Program-made: the position numbers and the translations under genes
Notes under the pieces: generated by a model
What the model was told of the DNA's origin: nothing
The model's database searches: none
The model's input: the letters and a program-made list of their open reading frames with translations, nothing else
Shown: piece after piece, positions 35,401-48,044 of the stretch
Layout: every line of letters starts with the position of its first letter
How positions within the stretch are numbered: position 1 is the stretch's first letter
Assembly: GCA_900617105.1 (NCBI GenBank)
Contig: UYFQ01000723.1
Span: 62,001-126,000, forward strand
Length of the DNA: 64,000 nucleotides
Reading direction: 5' to 3'
DNA from: Hydrurus foetidus
Lineage: Eukaryota

Positions 35401-37809
35401 AATTTGAGGGCTGAACAGGTAGTGCAGAAATGGTTAGTGTTATTGTTGCACCAAGATTACAAGAACTTGACATATCGTTAGGACCTGGCGTATAAACTGG
35501 ACTAAATATATTTGGTGTTGTAGGGCTACCGATGGATTAAAAGTTCCATCGCCACTAGTTGTCCAATAAATTTGACCTACTGGCGAGTTTGTAACAGTTG
35601 TTGAAGCAGATGCTCCTGTAATATTAAACGTGTTTGTTGTATGACAAATTGAATCTGTTACGTTTGACGCTAGACTGAACTGAATTGGTTCGCTAAAAGC
35701 AATATATTGTACAGCAGTTTTGGGCTGACAGTTATTACTAAACGTAACCCTTACTCTATATAAGCCTGGTTTTCTGAATGTAATTTTGGATATTGAAGAG
35801 CAGAGTCTAATATACTGCTTGCAAATGTATAATCTGTGTTATAAACCGCAGGGCCACCATTTTTGTTACAGCCCAACCAAAACTTAAAACACCAGCAGTG
35901 CTTGGTTGATATGTGTAATGAACAGAATCTACCAAGCCAACAGCATTGTTAAATGGTGCTGTAGGACTGTAGTCAATTGTTAACGTTGAGGTATTAGTAG
36001 TATAAGTGCAACTTTTCAGTGTATCTGAACCAGTAGGGAAGTTAACACCTGCATCACCATTTGCTTCAACATATTTTAGCATTCTGGTGGTACTATCTAA
36101 ATCGCGTGATGCACTTGCCATTAATTCAATAAAATATTTACCTGTTTTATTAATGGATATGCAAGGAGATTTACTTCTTTTGTTACCAGAAGTAAAGGAA
36201 TAGTTTACACCTTGTGGAACTTCTAAATAATTAGGACCAGGTGAAGTTGCATCTAAAACTCTCCAATAATAATTAAACTGAGTAGTATCTACACAAAAGT
36301 TCTTTTGTAACATTTTTAATGCAAAAACTGGTGCACAACCAACAATACTATCTTTTAACACACCAGAACCTGCACTGTCTAATTGAAAATCTGGGCGAAC
36401 TTTAGCAGTATCTACACAAAAAGTTTTGGTAGTATCGTGACTTGGGCAAGGTGCTTGAAAACCATAGTTATTGTTAATATATAAAGTAGCAGTATGATAA
36501 CCTGGCTGATTTGAATTAAAAGAATATGCTGTATCTTTTCTAGCTTCTACTTTACCGTTTTGAGTTTGATATAATTGTAACTGATTAACAGTATTTGCAT
36601 CTATTACCCAAGTATAGTTTGCTAATTGTGCACAAGTTGAGTACCACTATTACCAGCTACACCTTGACCTGGATTTGATAAATTTTGAAAATGTATAGTA
36701 TCATTAGCACAAACTACGGTATCTACTTTAAATATTGCCAATGGTTTGGTAAAAATAGAAACGGATTTAACGTCTTTTGCACCAGCAGCACAAGTACCTG
36801 TTAAACCTGGCCCATTGAATACATTAAAAGGATTGGTAACAGTAGTTGCAATCTCATACCCTATACTACTATTAGGTGCTTGGCAAGAACCACTTAAATA
36901 TGGGTGTAATATTTTGCTATTTGCAGCTAAAATTTGACATTGAGAATATGTTGCAGTCGTATTGTCCTTCCAATTTATATTTATTAATGCCCTGGAAATT
37001 TTGTTGAATATGTGCAGCCTGAGTTCTATCTGAAATAAAACCCAAAGAGATTGTGTCTCCTGCACAAGAATAAGTGGTAGATCTAGCTTCAACATAAGTA
37101 CTAATATCCCAAGAACTATTGATGATATGATACCCTTAGTTGAAACAATATTTGAGGGTGATATCGTTTTACAAAAGCAGTATAATATGCGTCTCTACTC
37201 TTACCAAAAGTACTAACAGGGCTAAATATCAAATTAAATTTACCACCAACACGTGGAAATTTTGTTATAGGATTTCCAATTCTATAATTATCGACTAATT
37301 CTAAACTATCTGTGCCACCTGCTGTACTGCTATCGTTTAATGCGTAACCATTTAATGGGTTACCATCGCAAATACCATAATAGTATTCATCTTTTAGTAT
37401 TAAATCAGAAAAAGCAGGCACTGCTCTTGCAATAATTGGTGATGCAACATTCGTTACATCGATTAATGCTGGTGTCACTAACAGAACCAACTGTACTGGC
37501 TTTTACTAAAAATTTATATTGATTAGTTCCTAAACCAACAGGCAACGTAGCATTCATATAAGTAATGTAGAAAGCTGTTACTTTACCACTATCAAGTGCA
37601 GTTCCTCCTGCATTTTGCAATACCCAGTAAACACATTGTTTTGTGCAAAACAACCATTTAAGGTAACAGGTATGGCAACAACGCTACCACTACCATAAGT
37701 TTGACCAGCAGGCAAAGCCAAACGGGCATCATCAATAGTAATGGTTTGTGCTTTTAGGGCAGTACTAAATACCAAGGCAAAAAGGCTAGTAAAATTTGTT
37801 CTTTAACAT
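29459..37809 (-). CDS. Very large PKD-repeat protein with gliding-motility (type B) CTD, SprB-like (~2,780 aa)
   Basis: Signal peptide; many WDFGDG/FTN PKD repeats; VFIPNGFT.DGDGVND, IFNRWG, WDG, GNVAVIK; followed by PorP/SprF. A single ORF across many frameshifts is inferred. Confidence 0.82.
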
Positions 37810-38108
37810 ATACATTAGCTTAACTCATTTAATAATCAACCACACCTGTTTATCAATATGATAAATTTCTGTTAGGTGTTTTGTTCTGTCAAAACTATTT
37901 TAAAAATTATAAAAAGTTAAAACAGGGAGTTCAAGATATATTGATGCACTTATTTTTTAAAACGCTGCTCGACTTATAAAAAGTTCACAAATAAATTAAA
38001 ATTTGGATAAAGAACCAAATGTTTAAGAAAGCTTGTATCTATTTTAACTATCGTTTTAATAGATAAACAAGTTAAATCATAAATTATTTGGTATAGAATT
38101 GAAGTAAA

Positions 38109-39039
38109 TTATTTTATTGTTGGCTTCATTCCTCTAATCCCCATATCAAACACTTGCTCTCTCCGTGGATCCCAAATTCCATTCAATACCTTCTCCTCCC
38201 ACTCAAAACTTTTATTTGTTGACATAGAACATTCTACAATAATACTTTCTTTTTCGGTTCCTGTAATCACTAAAGGAGCTTTAAAAGTTGTAGATGTACC
38301 GTCTTTATAATATTTTGTTTGACTAAAATCTGCAGTTACTACAGAAGAAGCTTTAGGTACTGGGCTTGTTATAAATAAAGGATTTACAACAGTTGTTGTT
38401 TTTGCTTGACCAGTTCTATTTTCCGCAGGAAAATAATATCCACCAGAACCTACTATTGTTTCAAAACCCCAGTATCCTTGAATACGTTTTTGGTTTTGAA
38501 TTCCCAATCACTCTTTTAGTTTTGATTAAATATCCAGTACTATCAAAATATGTATTATGACCAGTAAATGCGGCCATAGTTCCAATATAATTTCCATTAA
38601 ATGAAACTCCATTTATAACTGTATCCAATCTAATGGCACATCAAAGTTTTGATATGCCACAGACATTCTAAGCCATTTATAAGTTCCTGGTTTCAATGAG
38701 CTTAAAGGTATTTGAAAAAGTTTCTCCATTACCCGCAACTACTGACTGAGAAAAATCTATAGCAGAATCGTGCAAAGCACCTATATAAAAGTATAGTGCC
38801 CATACCTAATGGCGTAATGCTGTCGGATGATAATTCAACATAGTTCGTACTCATTCCATTAAATATTGGAGACAAAGCTGCATTACCAGCAGGAGCCGTC
38901 ACTAAACTATCGTTATCGTTCAATCTTTCCTGAGTTGGATCGAACTTGAATTTTAAAATAAGGTATCTTTCTGTAACCCCACTCTTTGTGCAAGAAGCAA
39001 AAACAGTGCTAACAAAGGAATCCACGCAATTTTCTTCAT
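38109..39039 (-). CDS. Hypothetical lipoprotein
   Basis: MKKIAW..FASC lipobox; FKFDPTQERL, PGTYKWLR, QGYWGFET, STNKSFEW, DMGIRG. Confidence 0.7.
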
Positions 39040-39137
39040 AAATTGTGGTAGTAATTAATGCGAATTAAAAATTTTGAGTGCCGAAGATAGTTTTTCTGCG
39101 TTGCATTAACGTTTATTTTGTTTTCATCTAAAAATTA

Positions 39138-40019
39138 ATGCAAACTACGCTGCAAACGATACCATTCAACAATATAAATTCTGATAAATGGAATAAATGC
39201 GTTGATACTCACAAGGCTAAAATTTATTTTAAGTTTGAGTATCTGAATTTAATGGCAGACAACTGGATTGGGATTGTTTTAAACGATTATGAAGCTATTT
39301 TCCAATTTGCTATAGAAAAAGTTTGGCATCACATATTGTTATACTCCTGCATTTGTTCAACAGCTTGGCTGGGTTGGTAATTTTATTGACTGGAAAATAA
39401 TTGAGAACATATTCTACAGTTTGTTTCTTTTGGAGATATAATGCTTAACAATGATAGCTTTAAAATTTGCCAGAAAAAGCAAACTATATTTTAAATCTGA
39501 AACAATCTTATCGGGATATTTACGACAATTACAAATCTGATCTAAAACAAAATCTAAAGAAAGTAGCTAAAGAAAATTTGATTTATGGTGAAAGTGTGGA
39601 TGTAAATGTTGCGACAGAACTATACAAAAACATTTATGCTGACAGAATGAATGGAACAAGTGACAATGACTTTACAAACTTTACTAAACTTTGTAAACAA
39701 TTTCAACAAACTGGTAATTGCATTGTTCGTAAAGTGAGAAATGAGAAAAATGATTACTAGCAATTGCATTATTACTGAGAGACAATTACAGATTCTACAA
39801 CGGCAAATAGCACAACAGAACTAGGAAGAAAAACTGAAGCCAATCATTTTTTGATTGATAGAATTTTGAATGAATTTGCTAACACCAATATGATTTTGAT
39901 TTTGAAGGAAGTGATTTGCCAGGTGTAAACATTTTATCAAAATTTGGTGCAGTAAATGAACCCTATTTTCACTGGCATTTTAATAACCTGCCTTGGTGGA
40001 TTAAATGGTTAAAAAATAA
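39138..40019 (+). CDS. GNAT/FemAB-like acyltransferase-fold protein
   Basis: KWNKC, FVQQLG, NYILNL..SY, ANHFLID, DFEGSDLPGV..FY. Confidence 0.6.
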
Positions 40020-40047
40020 ATTTTATATCGCTTTTTAAAACGAGAAA

Positions 40048-40721
40048 CTACAAACGAGAGACAAGTATGTTTTCAGCAACCAATAAATCAACTGGTCTTG
40101 TTATTTTAATATTATTATAATCACCGTCACATAAGAAAAACTGACTTGCCCATAGCTTCTACAACAGTTGCTTCATCAGTAAAGCCTTCATTAAAATCTT
40201 GCTTAAAGGCTTTAAGTAATACATTAGATTGAAAGGTTTGTGGGGTTTGGATAATTCTTACATTATTTCTATCTGCAACTTTATTATTTACTCCATCAAC
40301 AATCCTAATACTATCTGTTGCTGCAACTGCAGGAATTGCTGAACCTATTGCTAGTGCTTGCTCATAGCATCTTTTTATTAAAACATCATCAATCAAACAT
40401 CTTACACCATCGTGTACAAAACAATTGCATCTGTATCAACCAACTTCAATCCATTTTTAACAGAATGAAATCTTGTTGTGCCACCAATTGTAATTGTAAT
40501 TCTGTTGACATTAAGAGTAAACATTTCCTTAATCTCCTCTCCTTTAGCTATATGTTCTTGTGGCAAAACTAAAAATACATTTTAAATCATCATAAGCATT
40601 TAAAACTGATTGATAGTGTGCCATAAAACGAGGCTTGCCATTCAGCAATAAAACTGCTTAGGTGTATCCGTTCCCATTCTTAAACCACTGCCTCCTGCAA
40701 CAATTACAGCAAATTTTCCAT
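40048..40721 (-). CDS. ispD: 2-C-methyl-D-erythritol 4-phosphate cytidylyltransferase
   Basis: VIVAGGSGLRMGTDTPKQF, GGTTRFHSVKNG, VHDGVR, IQTPQTF, FTDEATVVE, NIKIT. Confidence 0.96.
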
Positions 40722-40760
40722 AGAACAAAAAGTAAGGAGTCAATGTACTATTATTGCTGT

Positions 40761-42244
40761 ATGAATTGGAGAATTATCATCTTTTCTATTTTACTAACTT
40801 CTTGCGTTGCAACTAAAACAAACATTATAGTTTCAACCAAAATACAGCATCAAAATTAAAGAAGATATTGTTTTATTAAAGCAAATTTTAGAGGCAAATC
40901 ATCCATCATTATATTGGTATACAAACAGGATAGCATTGACTACTTTTTGCTAAAACCCTTAACAGCATTACAGATTCATTAACAGAAATACAAGCAAAAA
41001 ACAAAATAGCATTAATCATAAGCAAAATAAAATGTGGGCATACTTCTGTAAGATTTTCAAAACAATTTACAGATTTAGCAGAGAAACATCGCTATCCACA
41101 ATTTCCATTATCTATTAAAACTTGGAAAGATAGTATGGTGGTTTTGGGCAGATATAATATTGAAGATTCTGTATTAAAAGAGGTACTATTATAACTTCTA
41201 TAAATGGACGAACATAAAAGCAAATGCTTGATACATTCTTTCAATTTATTTCAACAGATGGTGATGCTTTGAACTTTAAAAGCCAAATATTAAGTAACAA
41301 TTTTCCTGCTTGGTACAGAAATATTTTTGGTGTGGATAGTAGTTGTACAATTGGCTATATCGATTCATTACAGCAAGAAAAATTAATTACGATAAAAGCA
41401 TATGCTCCGAAAATTGATACAACAAAAAGAAAACAGATTCCATAAAACAGTAGTAAAACAAACACCACTAAAGGTTTCAAATAAGCAGAAAAATTTACTA
41501 AATTATTAAGCTATAGTTCAATGAATATTGATACAACTAGCAATACAGCATATATTAGACTAACAACTTTTAGCAAAGGAAAACTGAGAAGATTCTTTAG
41601 ACAAAGTTTTAAATCATTAGAAGAAAAGCAAATTCAAATCTTATAATCGACCTTAGAGAAAATGGTGGTGGGAACGTAGAACTAAGCACATTACTTACAA
41701 AATATTTAAAAGATTCCGATTACAAAATTGGTGACACGGTTGCTGCTATTAGTAGAAAATTTGAGTATAAAAATATATGCAAAACTGGTTTGGCTATTGG
41801 TTTATTATGAATTTGACAGCTACAAAAACTGATGATGGTTTGATACACAATCGCTTTTTGAAACATATAATTTCAAGCCCAAAACAAAGTACCATTATAA
41901 TGGAAATATCTATATTATTCAAGGTGGTTATACATTTTCTGCTGCCACAATGTTTGCATCATCTTTAAAAGGACAAAAAATGTAACCCTTGTTGGAGAAG
42001 AAACTGGTGGCGGTTATTATGGCAATTCTGCAATGCATTTGCCAACAATTGTATTGCCAAATACCAAAATCAAAGTTGGTTTACCAATCTATCGTTTAGT
42101 GATGGATAAGAGCAGACCAAAAGGTAGAGGTATTGTGCTGATGTTGAAATTCAGCCATCAAGTGATGCCATAAAAAGGCGTTGATTTGAAATTGATAGAG
42201 ATAAAAAGTTGATACAATCAAAACCCAATATCACAATCAACTAG
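40761..42244 (+). CDS. S41 family peptidase (lipoprotein)
   Basis: LLTSC lipobox; HPSLYWY, IKCGHT, IIDLRENGGG, GGYTFSAAT, VGEETGG. Confidence 0.88.
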
Positions 42245-42307
42245 CTTTAGATATTTCTTTACAATATTTTACTAGTTCAAAACGTTTTAGCAACAGTACG
42301 TACCATA

Positions 42308-43195
42308 ATGACTAAAACTACCCACATTAAACCATTCCAAGCAGTTGGATTATTAGCAGTAATATGCTTCTCAATACTTTTATTTAGCTGCACAAAGTAT
42401 ACAGCAAAAATTCATCATCAAACACAGCTCACCAATTACAAAGGTTATACACCAATAAATGGTAGTGGCACGTCAACAGGAACTGGAGGAAGTAGCTCTT
42501 CTGGAAGTAGCAGTGGGAAGTTCAACAGGAGGCAATACTGGTGGAAGTTCAAGTGGGAAGCAGCACAGGTAGTGGCTCAAGTGGTGGTAGCAGTTCGAAC
42601 AGGTACAGGCAATGTTATTCCTAAAGTATATTTACAAGGTTTTAACTACAGCAATTTTGTAAACTCTTCTATCTATGCAAATGATTCTACAGCATTACTA
42701 TCAAACGGCTACTACTCTACATTAAATGCAGGAAACACAAAGTTTGGACTGGTTTGGGGCAATCACAACGCAACAATTTTATCTACTTATTTCTTAAACC
42801 CATACTCATTTTACAGCTATTATGTATTTGATGAAACACCTAGTTCTCTTGGCGAAACAATTTTAAATAATGGTTCTTTAACTGTGCCCTCGAATACTGC
42901 ATTGGTAAGATTTATTAATATTGATCCTACAACAAAAATAGTTCCATCACATTCAAACTAAACAATGGAAACGATAAACTTACAATACCAAACAGAACAT
43001 ATTTAGACAATAAAGCAGATACAACACTTGCAGCTTTTGTTAGCATCAATCCATCAACGGCTTCGATAGAATTTGAGGTAAATGGCCAAGTCATTAAATC
43101 ATTTAATCAATACTTTCAAGGGGAAAAAAATATACAGTACTTGCTGCTTTTTCAAAGCAGTATAGTTATTCAACATATTTTGTAACACAACATAA
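42308..43195 (+). CDS. Lipoprotein with Gly/Ser-rich linker, DUF4397-like C-terminus
   Basis: LLFSC lipobox, GSGTSTGTGGSSSSGSSSG linker, ALVRFIN, GKKYTV. Confidence 0.6.
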
Positions 43196-43214
43196 CTAAA
43201 CAATAAATTATGCA

Positions 43215-44274
43215 TTATTCTTTTTTCAATTCAAGTTTATAAACGCCAACTCAATTGCATAAAGATTTAATGTAGTTTTACTAAAATCATAAACTCTTAT
43301 TTTGTTAGCAGCTCTTCCAATATTTATTTTAGTCAAGTTTCGCCACCATCTGTTGTTTCATAGCCACTATTCAATGTTCCAACAAAACCGTGTTTTTCGT
43401 TGGTAAAACCAATACAAACTCTCTCTAGCAGCATCTTCGCAAAGATTTACTTCTTTCAAGTTTTGCCACCATCGACTGTTTTGCAACTCTTTGTTGTTTA
43501 ACTGTTGTATCGAGGGATTATAAGATTGAATGGTTACATAACCTACTTTTCTTGTGGGAAAAGAAACTTTCCAATCGTTTCAAAGGTCGTGTTGATTGAT
43601 ATTTTTTCTCCCAAGTTTTGCCACCATCTTTGGTGTATAAAATCAAAGCATTTGATTTAGTAATATCTTCATTATTGGCAGCACAAACAAAGCCTTCTTT
43701 GGTGTTAAACATTTTATATCAAACAACATTTTGCAATCTTCATTCATACTACTTGCAGCAAAGGTTTTCCATCATCGTGCGAACTCATCATATTTGCTGG
43801 CGTTCCGACACGTCCTACTCCATAAATATGGTAGCGATAATCAATGTTTCCGTGATTAATATATTGTTCTTTCACAATATCAATAGCACATAAACCTTTC
43901 ACATAATTGCCAGTGTAATCAACAGCTTCCCAAGTTTTTCCACCATCAATAGTTTTGTATAAAGGAATAGTGTCTTTTACATTGGGAAAATAATCAGTTC
44001 CAACATTGCCAACAAACCCTAGTAGTGTATCTATAAAAGCAATGCATCTAAAAAAGTTCCAGGCTTGTCATAAATTTTTCCCAAGAACTTCCACCATTAT
44101 TGGTGTGATAAATTTTACCTTGACCATTGCAATACCATCCATTGTTTTCATCTACAAAACAAATATCATCTTGCTTGCCGGGGTAAGGAACTGTTGTTTG
44201 TTTTGCCAAGTTGTTTGAGCATTAGCAAATAATAAAACACTCGATAGAATAATTGTAAGTATAATAGGTTTCAT
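43215..44274 (-). CDS. YCF48/BNR-repeat beta-propeller protein
   Basis: Repeated T.DGGKTW (Asp-box), FRCIAFIDTLLGFVG, GFVGT. Confidence 0.8.
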
Positions 44275-44286
44275 TTTTAGTTTTTA

Positions 44287-44791
44287 TTAAGAGATTGCTG
44301 ATAATAATATAAAGTCTGACCCTGCATCGCTGCCACCAGCCATTTCTTTAAAATGGTTGAAAAATAATCATTCAATAGCAGATAATATGAGAATTTTTTC
44401 TGCATCAATCATTAATAGTTCCAATGTTGAAAAACAATGTGGGCTTCTTGTTGATGAATTCAATGCCATAAACTAATATCTCATTTTCGTCTTTCAAAAA
44501 CTTTAGTTTTAATCCGCCTTTATTGGTGAATTTTGTGGTATAAATCTTCCCATCTGCAAAAACAATTCGTCCACCATTGCCCCATAAACTATGCGATACT
44601 TTTACAACTTCTTGTTCGTTGCAACTAACAATGTAAGAAGGGTTCCAAAACCCTTTACTGCTAACTGTGTATTGTTTTGATTGATAATAAAACTTGGTTT
44701 TTAAATGGAATAATCGCTAAATCAATCAAGGTCTCCTCATCATTTTAAGGTAGTGTTTTTCTCCTTCGCTTGTCCATTTCAAATTTTTCAT
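44287..44791 (-). CDS. Hypothetical protein
   Basis: Reading frame reconstructed across indels: MKNLKW..KGFWNPSY..SLWGNGGRIVFADG..ILILSAI. Confidence 0.55.
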
Positions 44792-44817
44792 ACTCTAAAT
44801 AATTTTATTTAGAAGCA

Positions 44818-45010
44818 TTAATCGAAGCGTAAAAAGTCCGTTTCGACTAAACTACTTTGGTGTTTTGAATGTATTGATTTTATTGAGTCGTATGAGTTAT
44901 ACCTTTCTATAAATCCATCTTTTAAATCTTTGTAAGATGTAATAAAATTCCAAACAATAGCACGAGAATTATTAATAATCTTCTTTTATCATCAAATGAT
45001 TTTCTTGCAT
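44818..45010 (-). CDS. Possible small membrane protein
   Basis: Hydrophobic LLIILVLLFGILL then YKDLKDGFIE.YNS in an adjacent frame. Confidence 0.35.
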
Positions 45011-45020
45011 TTCTTGTATT

Positions 45021-45467
45021 TTAAGCGTGAATGTATAAAGTGGTGTCGCCTCTTTCACCATTAATGAGTTTTAATCTTGTGGCAGAAATTTCCAATACGC
45101 TATCTTTTCTATCGGGCATTCCATCACGAATAGCTACCAAATAAGTATTGTTATTTTCGAAACGCCATTTACCCTTTTGTGGACCTTGAAGTGTTTGAAT
45201 TTCGTAGGTATTATCTGCCTTGTATTGAATAGTTAAAGAGCGAACTATTTGTTTCAAACCATCTTCGACCTTCTAACTGTTCGGCTAAATCGAGGTTTGT
45301 TTTTGTGTGAAGGAAATGATAGAACGACTTACGCCATTGATAGAACCTTCATCAATTTTCAAGTTCCAATAATGTCTTGAGATGGATTGTTTACAATTGT
45401 AAATGCAGAACACATTGCAACAATTAGCATTAAAAATAATAACTTCTTTTCGTGATGTTAATGTCAT
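45021..45467 (-). CDS. Exported lipocalin-like hypothetical protein
   Basis: Signal-like N-terminus; YKADNTY, GKWRF, VLEISATRLKL. Confidence 0.5.
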
Positions 45468-45522
45468 TTTTTATTTGACAAGGCAAACATCATTATGAAA
45501 AGAGTGCTACAAACAAGATTTA

Positions 45523-45553
45523 CAGCAGTGCATTTTTATGGAGATAAATGCAG
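45523..45553 (-). promoter_or_regulatory. Candidate LytTR operator B
   Basis: Minus strand CTGCATTTATC-TCCATAAAA-ATGCACTGCTG, same layout as the site at 47342. Confidence 0.55.
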
Positions 45554-45559
45554 AAAAGT

Positions 45560-46269
45560 TTAGATGCCCATTATTTCTTTAAACTTTACAGATTGGCGTT
45601 GGCTAATATCAATCATAACACCAGACTGCATTTCAACTTGCAAAGCACTATTAAAAATGGGCTAATATTTTTATAAAATGCGTGTTGATGATGTGTTGTC
45701 TTCCTGCTCTAAAGAAATGTGTGTCGGGTAATTTTTCTTCTAAATAGTTCAACGATTTATGTAGTAATGGCTTTTATTTTGATAATAAATTCTGGCATAA
45801 TTGCCTACACTTTCTATTAAAAATATTTCGGCAAGTGGCACAAAAAACATTGTTCACCATCTTTAATAAAAATACGTTTATCAATTGTCAGTTTGCTTTC
45901 GTTGCTTTTACTTTGACTAATTTGTTTTTAATTTTCTCAACAGCTTCAGCTAATCTATCAGTATTTACAGGTTTTAGAATATAGTCCAAAGCATTTACAT
46001 CAAAGGCTTTGATGGCATATTGGTCGTAAGCAGTAACAAAATTACCAATGGTGCTTCGTCTAGATTTTCCAACAAGTCGAAGCCAGATTTACCGGGCATA
46101 TTGATGTCTAAAAAATGAGTTGAGGTTTATGTTCATAAATTTTTTCAATAGCATCAACAGCGTTTTCAGCTGTATCCACAACTTCAATATTAGTATGCTT
46201 TTTAAGCATTGATTGTAGTTCCATTATTGCTAATGGTTCATCATCAATTAAAATAGTTTTAATGTTCAT
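45560..46269 (-). CDS. LytTR-family response regulator
   Basis: [71 protein letters not shown]. Confidence 0.95.
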
Positions 46270-47288
46270 AACAAGGGTATTTTAATAGCAGCTACTACAT
46301 TTTATCTTCTTGATAAATTGAAAATATTGCTTTGCTGTGAAATATTTCGTCTAATCTTTTAGTAATATGTTTTAAACCAATGCCATTAGTATCTGTTGGC
46401 TTGTAACACCCATTATTATTGACTTTTATAACCAAGTTGTTATTTTCTAACGAGGTAGTAATTACAATAACACTGTCTTCAATTTCTTTGGTTACACCGT
46501 GCTTTACTGCATTTTCTGTAAGGGTTAAAATAATGGCTGGAGGCACAGTTTGGCTTAAAGTATTTTCATCAATATTGTATTCAATTGTTAACCTTTTCCA
46601 AAACGCAATTGCTCCAGTTCAAGATATTTTCTCACTTCAGTTATCTCATCTTTATAGGAATTAATCTTTCTTTACCATATTGTAAAGTAAAACGCAAAGT
46701 TCACTTAGTTTAACAATAGCATCTCTACTTTGCTCGGGATTGATTATGACTAACGCTTTAATACTATTTAGTGCGTTGAATAGAAAGTGAGGGTTTAGTT
46801 GAGTTTTAATAGTTCAAGTTCAGTCGTTTTTGCAAGGTTTTCAATCATCATTTTTTCTTTGATAATGATATTGTTTTGTTGCAAAATTTTATACATAAAA
46901 TATATAATTATCCAAACACCAATATATCGCATCCAATTCATCACCATACCCAAAAGTAAATAGGAGTAAGGGTTTTAAAGGCTTCCATTCCATTTTTTTG
47001 AAATAGGTTTGGGAGAAAACTTATTAGGACTAATGATATTGAGAGTAAAAGTGTAGAAGCAAAAGCAATAAGCCAAATACTTGTTTTGATTTTTGAAAGA
47101 AATTAATTTTTGATAATATTATTTTAAATAAGTGGGTTAATACTATTCCTCCTGCAGCATAAAGTAATTCTTTAACAAGTTCTATATTAAATTTTCCAAC
47201 AATAAAAAAGTGTAGTTAATAGTTTCTATGGCAACCATCCCCAACCAACCAACTAGCTGGCAAAGCCAATATAATTTTTGCTATTCAT
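46266..47288 (-). CDS. LytS/YehU-type membrane histidine kinase
   Basis: N-terminal TM helices; QLNPHFLFNALNSI, LELE.LRF, LTENAVKHG, NGIGLKHI; ATGA overlap with regulator. Confidence 0.93.
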
Positions 47289-47341
47289 TGCTGCAAAATA
47301 AACAAGAGTTTAATAAATGCACTGCTTTGCAATTTTCTTTA

Positions 47342-47372
47342 TGCAAATGCAGAAAATTGGTGATGAGTGCAG
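47342..47372 (-). promoter_or_regulatory. Candidate LytTR operator A (autoregulatory)
   Basis: Minus strand CTGCACTCATC-ACCAATTTT-CTGCATTTGCA upstream of the kinase. Confidence 0.55.
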
Positions 47373-47384
47373 CATCAATCTCTT

Positions 47385-47936
47385 TTACAATAAATACCAC
47401 TTTCTTCAACAGGGTATTTCTTATCTAAGTCAACATTATTAAGGCTCTTTTGTTTCCCCAGCTAAATATTTTTCAAAAAAGGAAGCAGTTTGTTGTTTTG
47501 TATTTTACTTAAAAATACACTTCGTGTTCCTTTTCTTTAATACCCATTTCATATAATATCTCATCGTGCTTTATGATGCCCAAACTATTGAAATATTGCT
47601 TCATTTTAAAGTACTCACACACATTACCACTCTCTAAACTTCCTGCAAAATAAAAGGCATAAACCAGCCAATTACAAAACAACTTGCACTAATGGTTTTA
47701 CCAATAATTGCAAACTTTATTTCATACCATTTTGATACAGAAATATCATATTGCTTCATTATTTCAAGCACTTCTTTTCTATGATTCCATTCGTCAATTT
47801 CTATTTGCTTAATTGCTTTCGTTTGTTCAGCATCTTTCACAGATTTTGCGTGACCTTGATAAGCATAAGCAGCAGCTTTCTCTGCTGAATAAGCTTGCTT
47901 TAAAGATTTTATAAGTTGTGGATGAGCTAGTTGCAA
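47385..47936 (-). CDS. Ferritin-like di-iron protein (COQ7/demethoxyubiquinone-hydroxylase-like)
   Basis: AYSAEKAAAYAYQGH, DEWNH, LESGNVCEY, KEKEHE (ExxH pairs). Confidence 0.75.
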
Positions 47937-48030
47937 AGAGGTTGTTTTAAAGCAACAAAACTAACATTATCAAGGTTTCATAATTCAATTACTTTTCATT
48001 TTATTAATCAAAATCTATAATGCTTAATCT

Positions 48031-48038
48031 TACATTTG
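48031..48038 (+). promoter_or_regulatory. Bacteroidota -7 promoter element
   Basis: TACATTTG just upstream of the uvrB ATG. Confidence 0.5.
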
Positions 48039-48044
48039 CCAATA

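Noticed and set aside
42470..42610. DNA repeat element
   Set aside because: Explained by a Gly/Ser/Thr low-complexity linker in a lipoprotein (codon-period repeats)
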